From: a bacterium
GTDB lineage: Bacteria > Zhuqueibacterota > Zhuqueibacteria > Residuimicrobiales > Krinioviventaceae
Reading direction: 5' to 3'
Assembly: GCA_963693055.1 (NCBI GenBank)
Contig: OY843751.1
Span: 2,880,001 to 2,944,000 of the forward strand
DNA: 64,000 nucleotides
Part shown: positions 16,509 through 25,994 of the stretch, one piece after another
How positions within the stretch are numbered: position 1 is the stretch's first letter
Layout: every line of letters starts with the position of its first letter
Notes under the pieces: generated by a model
The model's database searches: none
The model's input: only the letters and a program-made list of their open reading frames with translations
Told to the model about the DNA's origin: nothing
Program-made: the position numbers and the translations under genes

Positions 16509-18587
16509 TTATTCTTCTAATAATACCTTACGGCTCAATACCATTTTGCCATCAGGTTCAATTTTCAACAATTTAACTTTAATTATTTCACCAACTTTGA
16601 GAACATCTTCAACTTTGGCTACTCGCTTTACATCAATCTGTGATATGTGCAGCAATCCTTCTTTACCAGGAAGAATTTCCACAAAAGCACCAAAATTGGT
16701 TATCTTTTTAACTTTTCCCTCATACACAGTATCAGGTTCCGGTGCTGCAGTCAGGTCTTTAACACGTTGATAAGCTTTTTCACCAGCTTCCTGATCTACT
16801 GATGCAATAGTAACTGTACCATCATCATCAATGTTTACAGTTGCACCGGTTGTTTCAGTAATATCACGTATAGTTTTACCTCCCGGTCCAATCACCGTAC
16901 CAATTGCATCTACAGGAACTTTGATAGTCAAAATTCGGGGTGCATGGGTAGACAGTTCTTGTCTGGGTTCCGGTAAAACAGCAATCATCTTATCAAGCAA
17001 AAAGAAACGAGCGTCTTTGGCTTTTTGCAGTGCATTTTTCATAATCTCTGGTGAAATACCTTTGATCTTGATGTCCATTTGTACCGCAGTGATACCTTCA
17101 TGGTTACCTGCAACCTTGAAATCCATATCACCAAAATGATCTTCGTCACCTAAAATATCGGTCAAGATAGCAACTGTATCACCTTCTTTAATTAAACCCA
17201 TAGCAATACCTGCAACATGGCTTTTAATTGGCACACCGGCATCCATTAATGACAGGGAACCCGCACAAACAGTGGCCATTGAAGATGACCCATTAGATTC
17301 CATTACATCAGAAACAATACGCAATGTATACGGAAACACTTTTTCTGTGGGAATTACAGCTTTGATAGCACGTTCAGCCAGGTTACCGTGCCCGACTTCT
17401 CTACGACTGAGTCCACGTATAAATTTCACTTCACCAGTACAGAATGGAGGGAAATTGTAATGCAGCATATAATTTTTCCAAAATTCACCTTCCAGACCTT
17501 CAATACGTTGTTCGTCTATTTTTGTACCCAATGTACTTGTTGCCAATGCTTGTGTTTGGCCACGTTGGAACAATGCTGAACCGTGTACTCTTGGCAATAA
17601 TCCAACTTCGATGTAAATATCACGAATTTCATCCAATGAACGTCCATCAAGACGTTTACCTTCTTCAAGAATGTTCTTTCTCAAAATTTCTTTTTCAAGA
17701 TCATGGAAAATATTCTTTATACGTTTTTCCTTTTCAGGGAATTCTTCAGCCAATTGCTCAAGAATGTCAGTAACCAAATCTTTTAGTGCTGTATTACGTT
17801 CATCTTTTTCTTTAATTTCCAAACATTCTGGCAATTTATCTGCACTCAGTTCTTTAACACGATTTTCCAATTCAGTAAAATCTTCAGGTTCAGGTATTTC
17901 CAGTTTAGGTTTCCCTGTAGCTTGAACCATCTCTTCCTGATATGAAATTATTTTTTTAATTTCTTCATGACCAAAACTTAGAGCTTCAAGCATTTCTTCT
18001 TCAGAAATTTCTAAAGCTTCACCTTCAACCATGGTAATTGAATCTTTGGAAGCAGCAATGATAAGGTCCATGTCGCTGGCAGCTTTTTGTTCAAAGGTTG
18101 GATTCACAACAAATTTACCATCAATTCTACCAACACGAACACCTGCAATGGGACCTTCAAAAGGAATGTTTGATAAGCTCAAAGCCAAAGATGCCGCAGT
18201 AATACCTAAAACATCGGCATCATTTTCACGGTCGGCTGAAAGAACCATAACCATGATTTGTACTTCATTTAAAAAATTATCTGGAAACAAGGGTCTTATA
18301 GGACGATCAATTAATCGGGCACTTAGAATTTCTGTATCAGAAGGACGACCCTCACGTTTCAGAAAGCCTCCTGGAATTTTACCTACAGCATATGCTTTTT
18401 CCCGATAGTCTACAGAAAGTGGGAAAAAGTCCTGATCGGGTGGTGCATCTTTGGAACATACCGCGGTTGCATGTACAACAGTTTCACCCAATTGTACCCA
18501 TGCAGCACCATTGGCCTGTTTAGCCAGTTTACCGGTCTCCAGGATAAAAGGTTGGCCATTAAGGTCGTATTGTTTTTTATGAATCAT
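16509..18587 (-). CDS. pnp: Polynucleotide phosphorylase
   Basis: Two RNase PH domains, SNGSSSMA, GDMDFKVAG, KH and S1 domains; start MIHKK after GGAGG. Confidence 0.98.
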   Translation of the reverse strand: MIHKKQYDLNGQPFILETGKLAKQANGAAWVQLGETVVHATAVCSKDAPPDQDFFPLSVDYREKAYAVGKIPGGFLKREGRPSDTEILSARLIDRPIRPLFPDNFLNEVQIMVMVLSADRENDADVLGITAASLALSLSNIPFEGPIAGVRVGRIDGKFVVNPTFEQKAASDMDLIIAASKDSITMVEGEALEISEEEMLEALSFGHEEIKKIISYQEEMVQATGKPKLEIPEPEDFTELENRVKELSADKLPECLEIKEKDERNTALKDLVTDILEQLAEEFPEKEKRIKNIFHDLEKEILRKNILEEGKRLDGRSLDEIRDIYIEVGLLPRVHGSALFQRGQTQALATSTLGTKIDEQRIEGLEGEFWKNYMLHYNFPPFCTGEVKFIRGLSRREVGHGNLAERAIKAVIPTEKVFPYTLRIVSDVMESNGSSSMATVCAGSLSLMDAGVPIKSHVAGIAMGLIKEGDTVAILTDILGDEDHFGDMDFKVAGNHEGITAVQMDIKIKGISPEIMKNALQKAKDARFFLLDKMIAVLPEPRQELSTHAPRILTIKVPVDAIGTVIGPGGKTIRDITETTGATVNIDDDGTVTIASVDQEAGEKAYQRVKDLTAAPEPDTVYEGKVKKITNFGAFVEILPGKEGLLHISQIDVKRVAKVEDVLKVGEIIKVKLLKIEPDGKMVLSRKVLLEE

Positions 18588-18661
18588 TATTCCTCCATTC
18601 GAATTCAATACCCGATTAATACTGTTTTACAGGTATATGAACAATAGCACTGTGCTATTAA

Positions 18662-20002
18662 TTAATTCACTGCTTGTTCTGCAGTTTCCAACAAATCTGT
18701 TAATACAGGCTCAAATTTTTCCAATTTAAGCGCATTAAACAGATAAACAGAAGCTTTTTCTGTTGTTTTAATATATTTTTTATCACCTTTTGTCTTGCCA
18801 ATATGGAGTTCCAGGAGAAGATTATTATCCTGAAATAATTTGCATACTACATTTGGCGCTTTTAATCCATATTGATCAAGTGATGATGGATTATCTGATA
18901 CAAATTCATCTACAGTCATTCGTGATGCTTCGCGTACAATGCCCATCATTTTCCAATTTCTTGCTTTGGCGTTATTTTCTGATTCAATAAACCACGTATC
19001 TGATGTATCTTTAACACAAACAAGGTGTTGTTTATTGTATAATAATTCAACTTTATTTACAAAATCAGAATTAATATCTGTAATTTGCTTGTTTCTGAAT
19101 GCTGCAACCGGGGCCATAAATCTACCAACAAACGTTGTATCTACCATAAAGATATTGCTTTTCAATTCATCTTTAACATAGCACTTGTTTCCGATTTTAT
19201 TACCAACAAGCAAAGTTTTTACAAATTGATTATCACCTAAAATAAAATTGAGCTTCATTGACGGTTTTGATAATCCATATTGAGATAATGTACCAGGAGT
19301 ATCAATAAACTCTTTAACTTGCTCGCTGTTCAGCGAGTTGGTAATGGCGCTTATCTTTGTAGAAGTAACCTCCCACTCTACAGGTGATGTAATATTCCAA
19401 GAGGCTCCATTCTTTTTCAAAACAATTGTGTCATATTTATTTTGGATTTTGATTTCGCTCAACATTGAGCTTTCAATATCCAGTAACTTTTTATCACGCA
19501 TGTCAAACAATGTTTTTTCCAAAAAATTGCCAAGACTGGTAGTTGTTAAAAATACATCATCACTTCCGGAACGTTTGGCAAAAATATTTGCCTCTGTTGG
19601 TGTTTTATCTCCGATATAAAAAGTATCTAAAACACTCTGGTGTCCAATAATTAACTTTCCTTTGGCTGGTGACAATCCAAAATTAGAGTATTGTGAAGGA
19701 TCAGAAGACACTGTCCTTTCCATATTTGCCCAGCCAAAAAGACTGGTAATTGAATTTACAGCACTGTTATCAGCCGCGTATTCAATTGGTTTTGTAATTT
19801 TCCAGTTATTAACATTTTTAACTAGATGTATACCCAAAGGTTCTATTATGATTTGATCTATACTGTCTTTTTCAACTGTTAACAGTTTTCCAGCTATCTG
19901 TTCTTGCTCTTTTTTATCTTTATCCGATTTATTTAAAAATAGTACGGTTGCAACACCTATAGCAAAAACGATAGCCATAACAAGTGTTGTTTTAAAATTC
20001 AT
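18662..20002 (-). CDS. DUF4340 repeat-domain membrane-anchored protein
   Basis: N-terminal TM, three repeats with (F/Y)GL..P and IG motifs; follows GldG-like gene. Confidence 0.8.
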   Translation of the reverse strand: MNFKTTLVMAIVFAIGVATVLFLNKSDKDKKEQEQIAGKLLTVEKDSIDQIIIEPLGIHLVKNVNNWKITKPIEYAADNSAVNSITSLFGWANMERTVSSDPSQYSNFGLSPAKGKLIIGHQSVLDTFYIGDKTPTEANIFAKRSGSDDVFLTTTSLGNFLEKTLFDMRDKKLLDIESSMLSEIKIQNKYDTIVLKKNGASWNITSPVEWEVTSTKISAITNSLNSEQVKEFIDTPGTLSQYGLSKPSMKLNFILGDNQFVKTLLVGNKIGNKCYVKDELKSNIFMVDTTFVGRFMAPVAAFRNKQITDINSDFVNKVELLYNKQHLVCVKDTSDTWFIESENNAKARNWKMMGIVREASRMTVDEFVSDNPSSLDQYGLKAPNVVCKLFQDNNLLLELHIGKTKGDKKYIKTTEKASVYLFNALKLEKFEPVLTDLLETAEQAVN

Positions 20003-20050
20003 CCAGATAATCTCCACAATTTGTTTTAACTGGTTGCTACCCACTATCTG

Positions 20051-20088
20051 AAAACAAAAATTCTGCCGGAATTTACTCCGGCAGAATT
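20051..20088 (-). terminator. Intrinsic terminator-like hairpin after gldG-like gene
   Basis: AATTCTGCCGGA-N6-TCCGGCAGAATT followed by a T-rich tract on the minus strand. Confidence 0.7.
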
Positions 20089-20091
20089 GGA

Positions 20092-21645
20092 TTATTTTCG
20101 TTTAACGTATACAACAATTCCAGTGATAAAAATCAATACAGGTAGTAATATTACACCCAAATACAAAATCAATCGAGATTGTTTTTGAGTTAAATTTAAA
20201 CGCCGGTCTTCAGGATTTTTAGGACGAACTGATATTAGATCTTCCTCTTCTGCCAACCAGCTTATAGTGTTCATAAATAAATCATTATTTCCCTGAACAC
20301 TCAGGTAACTGTCACTTGCAAAATCCGCATCTCCAAAAACGGCAATTCTGGATTTAAACTCTTTAATTTCTCCATTATCAGGAGCATACGCAGGATTCAC
20401 AACAGACTTTTCGCTAACGGCGAAAACAGTCACAGGACCCTTAATATCCTGGTTATCTTCAAATGATACCCGATCAGACACAATTGGACTGGTTTCAGCC
20501 CAACTTTGAGGACTTGTTTGAGCAATTGAAGTAAATGAAATATCCGGCGCTTTATCCGGGTTTTCAGCAATTGATCTTGCAAGCGGGAAAAAAGTCATTA
20601 CATTAAAATCTTTAGATATTGCATGATCTCCATACTTGGAAACAATTGGAATTGTTGGACCTGCCCCAAAGAGTTGGCCAATACCAGACGCATCCACCAC
20701 AATATCATTACCAATTACAAAACCATATTTAGCTAAAAAGTCACTATAACCTGATGGAGAATCACTATCAATCAGGAACATGGCTTTTCCACCACTGGCC
20801 AAATAGTTGGTAATTTTTTCTTTTTCAATATCAAATAATTCAGTCTGGGGATCAGCAATAATCAGTACACTACAATCATCAGGAATTGAATCTTGAGGAT
20901 TTATTGCAAGTACTAATTCACTAATCTGGTAATTTTCGTCTAAAATAGATTGTTTGGCTTTGGTGAAACCAGTTTGCGATGCATTATCAAAATCTCTTTC
21001 ACCATGTCCTTTAGAATAATAAATCTTTTTAATTTTATCACGTGTAACAGTAATAAGCGCATTGGTTATTTCCTCTTCGGTAACATTATTGATTCTTTCC
21101 TGTTTGCCAGCACAATCAAAAACAATGGTACCATAAGATTTAACACCAAAATTTTTAGTAATTCCTGGTTTTTTATCAGGATCTACAAATTCATATTTAA
21201 GCCTAGATGTAAAATGAGAATACTCGTCAAGCATTTCCTGTAAACGTGCTTCTTCACCCGTTTTAAAGAAACCGGTAATTTTAACATCTTTATCCAAATT
21301 TTCCAAAACTTTGCGGGTTTGCTCAGCTAAGCTGAAAAATTTAGATGCGGTTAGATCTGCCCGATACGAGAAACGAGCAAATAGTATGTTAACAACGATT
21401 ACAATACCCAAAACAAAAATGATCATAAAAGCCGCGTTTGTACCAAATTTTGTTGATCTACTGTTTAATCCTGTTTTAATGGTATTGAATTTTAAAATAA
21501 TAAAAGTTAAAAGTAAAAACAATCCGGATCCAAGCAATACCCAATTGAGTACGCCCATAACCAGATTAATTGAATATATAATCAAGCCTAGCAAGACCAA
21601 TGCAAGTCCTAACCAGCCAACAATATTTGCGAATTTTTTAATCAT
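20092..21645 (-). CDS. GldG-like ABC transporter auxiliary component
   Basis: DLT...FSLAEQT, KGHGE, GNNDLFMNTISWL motifs; N- and C-terminal TMs. Confidence 0.88.
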   Translation of the reverse strand: MIKKFANIVGWLGLALVLLGLIIYSINLVMGVLNWVLLGSGLFLLLTFIILKFNTIKTGLNSRSTKFGTNAAFMIIFVLGIVIVVNILFARFSYRADLTASKFFSLAEQTRKVLENLDKDVKITGFFKTGEEARLQEMLDEYSHFTSRLKYEFVDPDKKPGITKNFGVKSYGTIVFDCAGKQERINNVTEEEITNALITVTRDKIKKIYYSKGHGERDFDNASQTGFTKAKQSILDENYQISELVLAINPQDSIPDDCSVLIIADPQTELFDIEKEKITNYLASGGKAMFLIDSDSPSGYSDFLAKYGFVIGNDIVVDASGIGQLFGAGPTIPIVSKYGDHAISKDFNVMTFFPLARSIAENPDKAPDISFTSIAQTSPQSWAETSPIVSDRVSFEDNQDIKGPVTVFAVSEKSVVNPAYAPDNGEIKEFKSRIAVFGDADFASDSYLSVQGNNDLFMNTISWLAEEEDLISVRPKNPEDRRLNLTQKQSRLILYLGVILLPVLIFITGIVVYVKRK

Positions 21646-22427
21646 CTTCCCCTCCATCTTGCAGATTCGATCGAAATATAAGAAAGGAATAGACCCATAA
21701 AAATAAAACTGATATAGAAAATAATATGCTTGGTGTCAATAACACCTTTGGCAAAATCATCAAAATGTTCAATAAGAGAAAAATTTGATAATATTTTACC
21801 AATTTCCGGATTGACAAAACTGGAAACCCAGCCAATGGCCCAAAAGAATAAAATAAAAGTAACTGTACTAACAGCTGCTATGATTTGATTATCGGTAATA
21901 GTTGAGAAAAATAACCCAAAAGAAACATATGATAATCCTAATAACAGCATCCCCAAATAACCACTAAAAATGGGACCAATTTCAGGTTTTCCAAAAACCA
22001 TTAACAATAACATATAGATAAAAGAAGCTGCAAGCATGATAATGAAAAGTAAACCTGCTGCAGAAAATTTACCCAAAATGGATTGAAAATTAGTAACTGG
22101 TGATGTTGATAAAAGTTCTATGGTACCTGTGCGTTTTTCATCCGAAAATAAACGCATTGTTACAAGTGGAAGAAAAAACAATGCAAACAGGCTCATATTA
22201 TGAAAAACAGGACGAATAGCCATCATATTGACATTCAACTTTGGAGGTTGCATTTGATAGTATTGCGCCTGCATATCCGCTTGCATGCACATTTGAACAA
22301 AATTTGAAATAATTAGATAAAAGAATAATCCGGAAAGTAATAGAAACAATCCAATTACAACATATGCAATTGGAGACGCAAAGTAGGATTTTAACTCCCG
22401 ATTCATTATTGCAATATAATTTCTCAT
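21642..22427 (-). CDS. ABC-2 type permease (GldF-like)
   Basis: RELKSYFASPIAY, TMRLFSDEKRTGTIELL. Confidence 0.9.
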   Translation of the reverse strand: MRNYIAIMNRELKSYFASPIAYVVIGLFLLLSGLFFYLIISNFVQMCMQADMQAQYYQMQPPKLNVNMMAIRPVFHNMSLFALFFLPLVTMRLFSDEKRTGTIELLSTSPVTNFQSILGKFSAAGLLFIIMLAASFIYMLLLMVFGKPEIGPIFSGYLGMLLLGLSYVSFGLFFSTITDNQIIAAVSTVTFILFFWAIGWVSSFVNPEIGKILSNFSLIEHFDDFAKGVIDTKHIIFYISFIFMGLFLSYISIESARWRGR

Positions 22428-23374
22428 TCTACGGCTCCCTCCTCTTTGGTTGTCAATTGCAGGAACACATCTTCAAGACTAATATCTTGAGACTTTTGTT
22501 CATACAATGACCATCCATTTTCCACAATGGACCTGGCTACAAGAGGTCTTATTTCTACTGACGAATTAGATTCAATTATAATTGAACCCTGTTCCGGGCT
22601 GGTTCCTTGTTCTATACGGATTGTATCGACCCCTTGAATAGTACTCAGTTTGGATTCAATATCCTTCAAAGGGCCCCCTACCTGAACTGTCAGTTGTTGG
22701 GAACCGGCAAGGTTTTTAGTCAGGTTTTCTGGTGTATCTTCTGCCACAACCTTGCCTTTATTGATGATAACCACACGTTCACATGTCATACTTACTTCGG
22801 GAAGTATGTGTGTACTCAAAATAATAGTGTGATCACCAGCCAGACTTTTAATTAATTCACGAACTTCGATGATCTGTTTTGGATCAAGACCAACAGTAGG
22901 TTCGTCTAATATTAATACTTCGGGATTATGAACCAACGCCTGGGCCAACCCAACACGCTGCTTATATCCCTTTGATAGATGTTTAATAACTCGATTACTT
23001 ACATGGGTAATATAGGTCTTACCCATAGCATCATTAACAGCTTTTTTGTTTTGTTTTGCTTCAACACCTTTAATTTTAGCAACAAATGAGAGATAATCTT
23101 TTACTCGCATTTCCTGATATAATGGTGGTGTTTCAGGTAAATAACCAATACGTTTTCTTACTTGCATTGATTGTTCATGCACATCAAAACCGGCAACGGA
23201 TGCAGTTCCTGTTGTTGCAGGTAGATAGGTTGTTAAAATACGCATGGTAGTTGTCTTACCAGCTGCGTTCGGGCCTAAAAATCCCAAAATTTCACCTTTT
23301 TCTACCTGAAAGGAGATATTGTCCACAGCTGCAAACCGGCCATAATAACGTGATATGCCTTTCACGTCAATCAT
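22424..23374 (-). CDS. ABC transporter ATP-binding protein (GldA-like)
   Basis: GPNAAGKTT, LSKGYKQRV, ILDEPT. Confidence 0.93.
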   Translation of the reverse strand: MIDVKGISRYYGRFAAVDNISFQVEKGEILGFLGPNAAGKTTTMRILTTYLPATTGTASVAGFDVHEQSMQVRKRIGYLPETPPLYQEMRVKDYLSFVAKIKGVEAKQNKKAVNDAMGKTYITHVSNRVIKHLSKGYKQRVGLAQALVHNPEVLILDEPTVGLDPKQIIEVRELIKSLAGDHTIILSTHILPEVSMTCERVVIINKGKVVAEDTPENLTKNLAGSQQLTVQVGGPLKDIESKLSTIQGVDTIRIEQGTSPEQGSIIIESNSSVEIRPLVARSIVENGWSLYEQKSQDISLEDVFLQLTTKEEGAVE

Positions 23375-23427
23375 TCGAAAACCTCCTTTCTAATGGTAAA
23401 TGATAGCTAAATTATGAGAATACTGAT

Positions 23428-23697
23428 TTAGCGACGAATACCCAACTTTTTGATCAATACACGGTATTCTTCAATATCATTATCCTTGAGATAATCAAGC
23501 ATTCTTCTACGTTTACCTACCAATTTCAGCAAACCTCTTCTTGAATGATGATCTTTAGAATGAGTTTGAAAATGCTTTGTTAAATCATTGATACGTTCGG
23601 TTAAAATTGCAACCTGTACTTCGGTATTACCGGTATCGTTGCTGTTTGTACCAAATTCTTCAACAAGTTGCTGTTTTCTTTCGTTTGTTACGGGCAT
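23428..23697 (-). CDS. rpsO: 30S ribosomal protein S15
   Basis: [31 protein letters not shown]. Confidence 0.98.
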   Translation of the reverse strand: MPVTNERKQQLVEEFGTNSNDTGNTEVQVAILTERINDLTKHFQTHSKDHHSRRGLLKLVGKRRRMLDYLKDNDIEEYRVLIKKLGIRR

Positions 23698-23717
23698 TTA
23701 AAACCTCCAACCATTGT

Positions 23718-24653
23718 TTACAATTGCTTTAATATTTCAAAAGCTGTTTCTTTGTCATGTTTTATTTGTGGTAATAATTCATGTGCTGAATTAAACTTTA
23801 TATCATCTCTAATAAATTTAGTAAAGTATAATTCAACATGCTTGTTATAAATATCTCTGTCAAAGTCATAAATATGAGATTCAATAACCTTGTGTGACAA
23901 GTTAAATGTAGGTCTGGGACCCACATAGGTTACTGAATTAAATATTTCATTGTCAATTTTTATATGTGTAGCATACACACCTTCTTTAGGTATAAGCTTG
24001 TATTGAGAATAGGGTTTTATATTTGCAGTAGGATAACCTAATTCTCGGCCACGTCCGTCACCTTTTACAACTTGACCGGTAATAGAATATTCTCTACCTA
24101 AAAGATTAGATGCTTTTTCAACATTACCATCATAAACCATTTTTCGAACAAGTGTGCTGCTTACTATTTCATCTTTGATTGTAACCGGAGATAAAGATTC
24201 AATTGAAAAATCATTATCATTGCCATAATCTGATAATAAATCGATATTACCTTTACGGTTTTTTCCAAATGAATGATCATGTCCAATAATTATTCGCTTC
24301 ATATGAAGCTTTTCAAGTAAAATCTGAGTAATAAATTCTTCAGCAGTCATCGACGCAAAAGCACTCGTGAAATTGGTTACAATTAACCTGTCTAAACCCA
24401 TACCTTCCAGGAGTTTTGATTTCTCTTCAATTGTAGTCAAAAGGTTTAAAGGTATTTTTCCACGGTTTCCAACAACTAAACCGGGGTGGGGTTCAAAGGT
24501 TACAAGAGTAGATTTGGCATTTAATGATTTTGCACCGGCAACAAGATTATTAATAATTTCTTGATGTCCTTTATGAATACCATCAAAAGTGCCAACAGTT
24601 ACAACGCTGTCACTTTTTAGAAATATATTATTAAAATCCCAGATCGTTTCCAA
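23718..24653 (-). CDS. ribF: Riboflavin kinase/FAD synthetase
   Basis: GTFDGIHKGH, SSTLVR, GYPTAN. Confidence 0.96.
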   Translation of the reverse strand: METIWDFNNIFLKSDSVVTVGTFDGIHKGHQEIINNLVAGAKSLNAKSTLVTFEPHPGLVVGNRGKIPLNLLTTIEEKSKLLEGMGLDRLIVTNFTSAFASMTAEEFITQILLEKLHMKRIIIGHDHSFGKNRKGNIDLLSDYGNDNDFSIESLSPVTIKDEIVSSTLVRKMVYDGNVEKASNLLGREYSITGQVVKGDGRGRELGYPTANIKPYSQYKLIPKEGVYATHIKIDNEIFNSVTYVGPRPTFNLSHKVIESHIYDFDRDIYNKHVELYFTKFIRDDIKFNSAHELLPQIKHDKETAFEILKQL

Positions 24654-24668
24654 TTTCAGTATTATCCA

Positions 24669-25343
24669 TTAAAAACTGTTTTTATGCAAATATTTATTAA
24701 CATCATTTATTTCTGTCGTAGACTTTAAATTAAACTCACCTATTCTAACACGTGTTAATTTTTGCAAATATCCACAAGTATTTAAATATTTACAAATATC
24801 TTGTGCAAGAGTACGAATATAGGTGCCTTTAGAACAGGTAACTTGCATTTTAACGTGAGTAAGTGAAATTTGTTTCAAATTCAATTTGTAAATTGTAATT
24901 TTCCTTTTTTCCAATTCAACCTTTCCACCATTTCTAACTATCTCATAAGATCGTCTGCCATTTACCTTTAATGCAGAAAAGTCTGGCGGAACTTGCTCTA
25001 TAATGCCTGTAAATTGTTCACTGGTTTTACGCAACAAAATATCATCAAGTTCAACCAGATCACAAGTTTTTACAATGTTACCAGAAACATCTAATGTATT
25101 AGTTTCAGAACCCAGATAAATATCTGCTTCATATTCTTTTTCCGAGTCCATCAATTCACTTACTCGCTTGGTAGCGCGACCAACACAGACAAGCAATACT
25201 CCATCTGCAAATGGATCGAGTGTACCTGCATGCCCAACTTTAAAATTGGGGAAAATGCGTTTAACATACCGGACTGCATCGTTTGACGACCAACCAATAG
25301 GTTTATTTATGTTTAATACAATATCCGGTTTTTCAATATTCAT
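24669..25343 (-). CDS. truB: tRNA pseudouridine(55) synthase
   Basis: KVGHAGTLDP, CSKGTYIRTL; likely start MNIEKP. Confidence 0.95.
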   Translation of the reverse strand: MNIEKPDIVLNINKPIGWSSNDAVRYVKRIFPNFKVGHAGTLDPFADGVLLVCVGRATKRVSELMDSEKEYEADIYLGSETNTLDVSGNIVKTCDLVELDDILLRKTSEQFTGIIEQVPPDFSALKVNGRRSYEIVRNGGKVELEKRKITIYKLNLKQISLTHVKMQVTCSKGTYIRTLAQDICKYLNTCGYLQKLTRVRIGEFNLKSTTEINDVNKYLHKNSF

Positions 25344-25359
25344 AAATTCTAAAACTTGG

Positions 25360-25704
25360 CTATTTTTCTGTTCGTATCTGCTGTAATAATGTTTCAATAT
25401 GATGTGCATAAGCAGCAGAATCATCATAATAAAAAGCCAATGTGGGTACATGTCTTAATTTCATCTGCTTACCCACAGCACTACGCAGCATTCCTTTTGA
25501 ACGTTCTAACGCATCCTGAGCATTTTCTAACTGGTCATCTTTAAGAACGCTGAAATATATTTTTGCATGACGAATATCATCAGTAACTTTAACTTTGGTA
25601 ATAGTAACAAATTGAACAGCAGGGTCCTGTACTTCTCGCAATAATTGACTGCTGACCACATTTTGTATTACCGATGCTACTCTGTCTGCTCGTTTATAAT
25701 TCAT
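25360..25704 (-). CDS. rbfA: Ribosome-binding factor A
   Basis: RADRVA, VTITKVKVTDD, LRHVPTLAFYYD. Confidence 0.95.
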   Translation of the reverse strand: MNYKRADRVASVIQNVVSSQLLREVQDPAVQFVTITKVKVTDDIRHAKIYFSVLKDDQLENAQDALERSKGMLRSAVGKQMKLRHVPTLAFYYDDSAAYAHHIETLLQQIRTEK

Positions 25705-25709
25705 AAAAT

Positions 25710-25994
25710 TTATATTATCTCTTTTTGATGATCAAGTATTTCCACCTGATCATGATTATCCAGAAAATTAAAGATTCTGGTAAATGTTTGTTCAATAATC
25801 TTTTTTTCATTTGCTACAATAGAAATACCAATTGTAGCTTTTTGCCATTTATCAAGTTCATCTACTTCTGCAATGGAAATATTAAACTTGTTCTGCAATT
25901 TATCTTTAATGCTCTTAATTACGAATCGTTTTTCTTTTAACGATTCACTTGCAGGAATTATTAATAGAAATTGAAAAATTCCTACCAGCATCAT
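25710..25994 (-). CDS. DUF503 (YlxP) family protein
   Basis: SLKEKR..FNISIAEV..D.WQ; between infB and rbfA. Confidence 0.9.
   Translation of the reverse strand: MMLVGIFQFLLIIPASESLKEKRFVIKSIKDKLQNKFNISIAEVDELDKWQKATIGISIVANEKKIIEQTFTRIFNFLDNHDQVEILDHQKEII

Noticed and set aside
18643-18659. Palindrome AATAGCAC-T-GTGCTATT upstream of pnp
   Set aside because: One-nt centre, single copy, no U-tract or candidate regulator; function cannot be supported
25344-25451. Extended N-terminus of truB in the ORF track (likewise rimP, pnp, ald, ackA, DUF4340)
   Set aside because: Overlaps upstream genes or regulatory elements; downstream ATGs match family N-termini and mostly have an RBS
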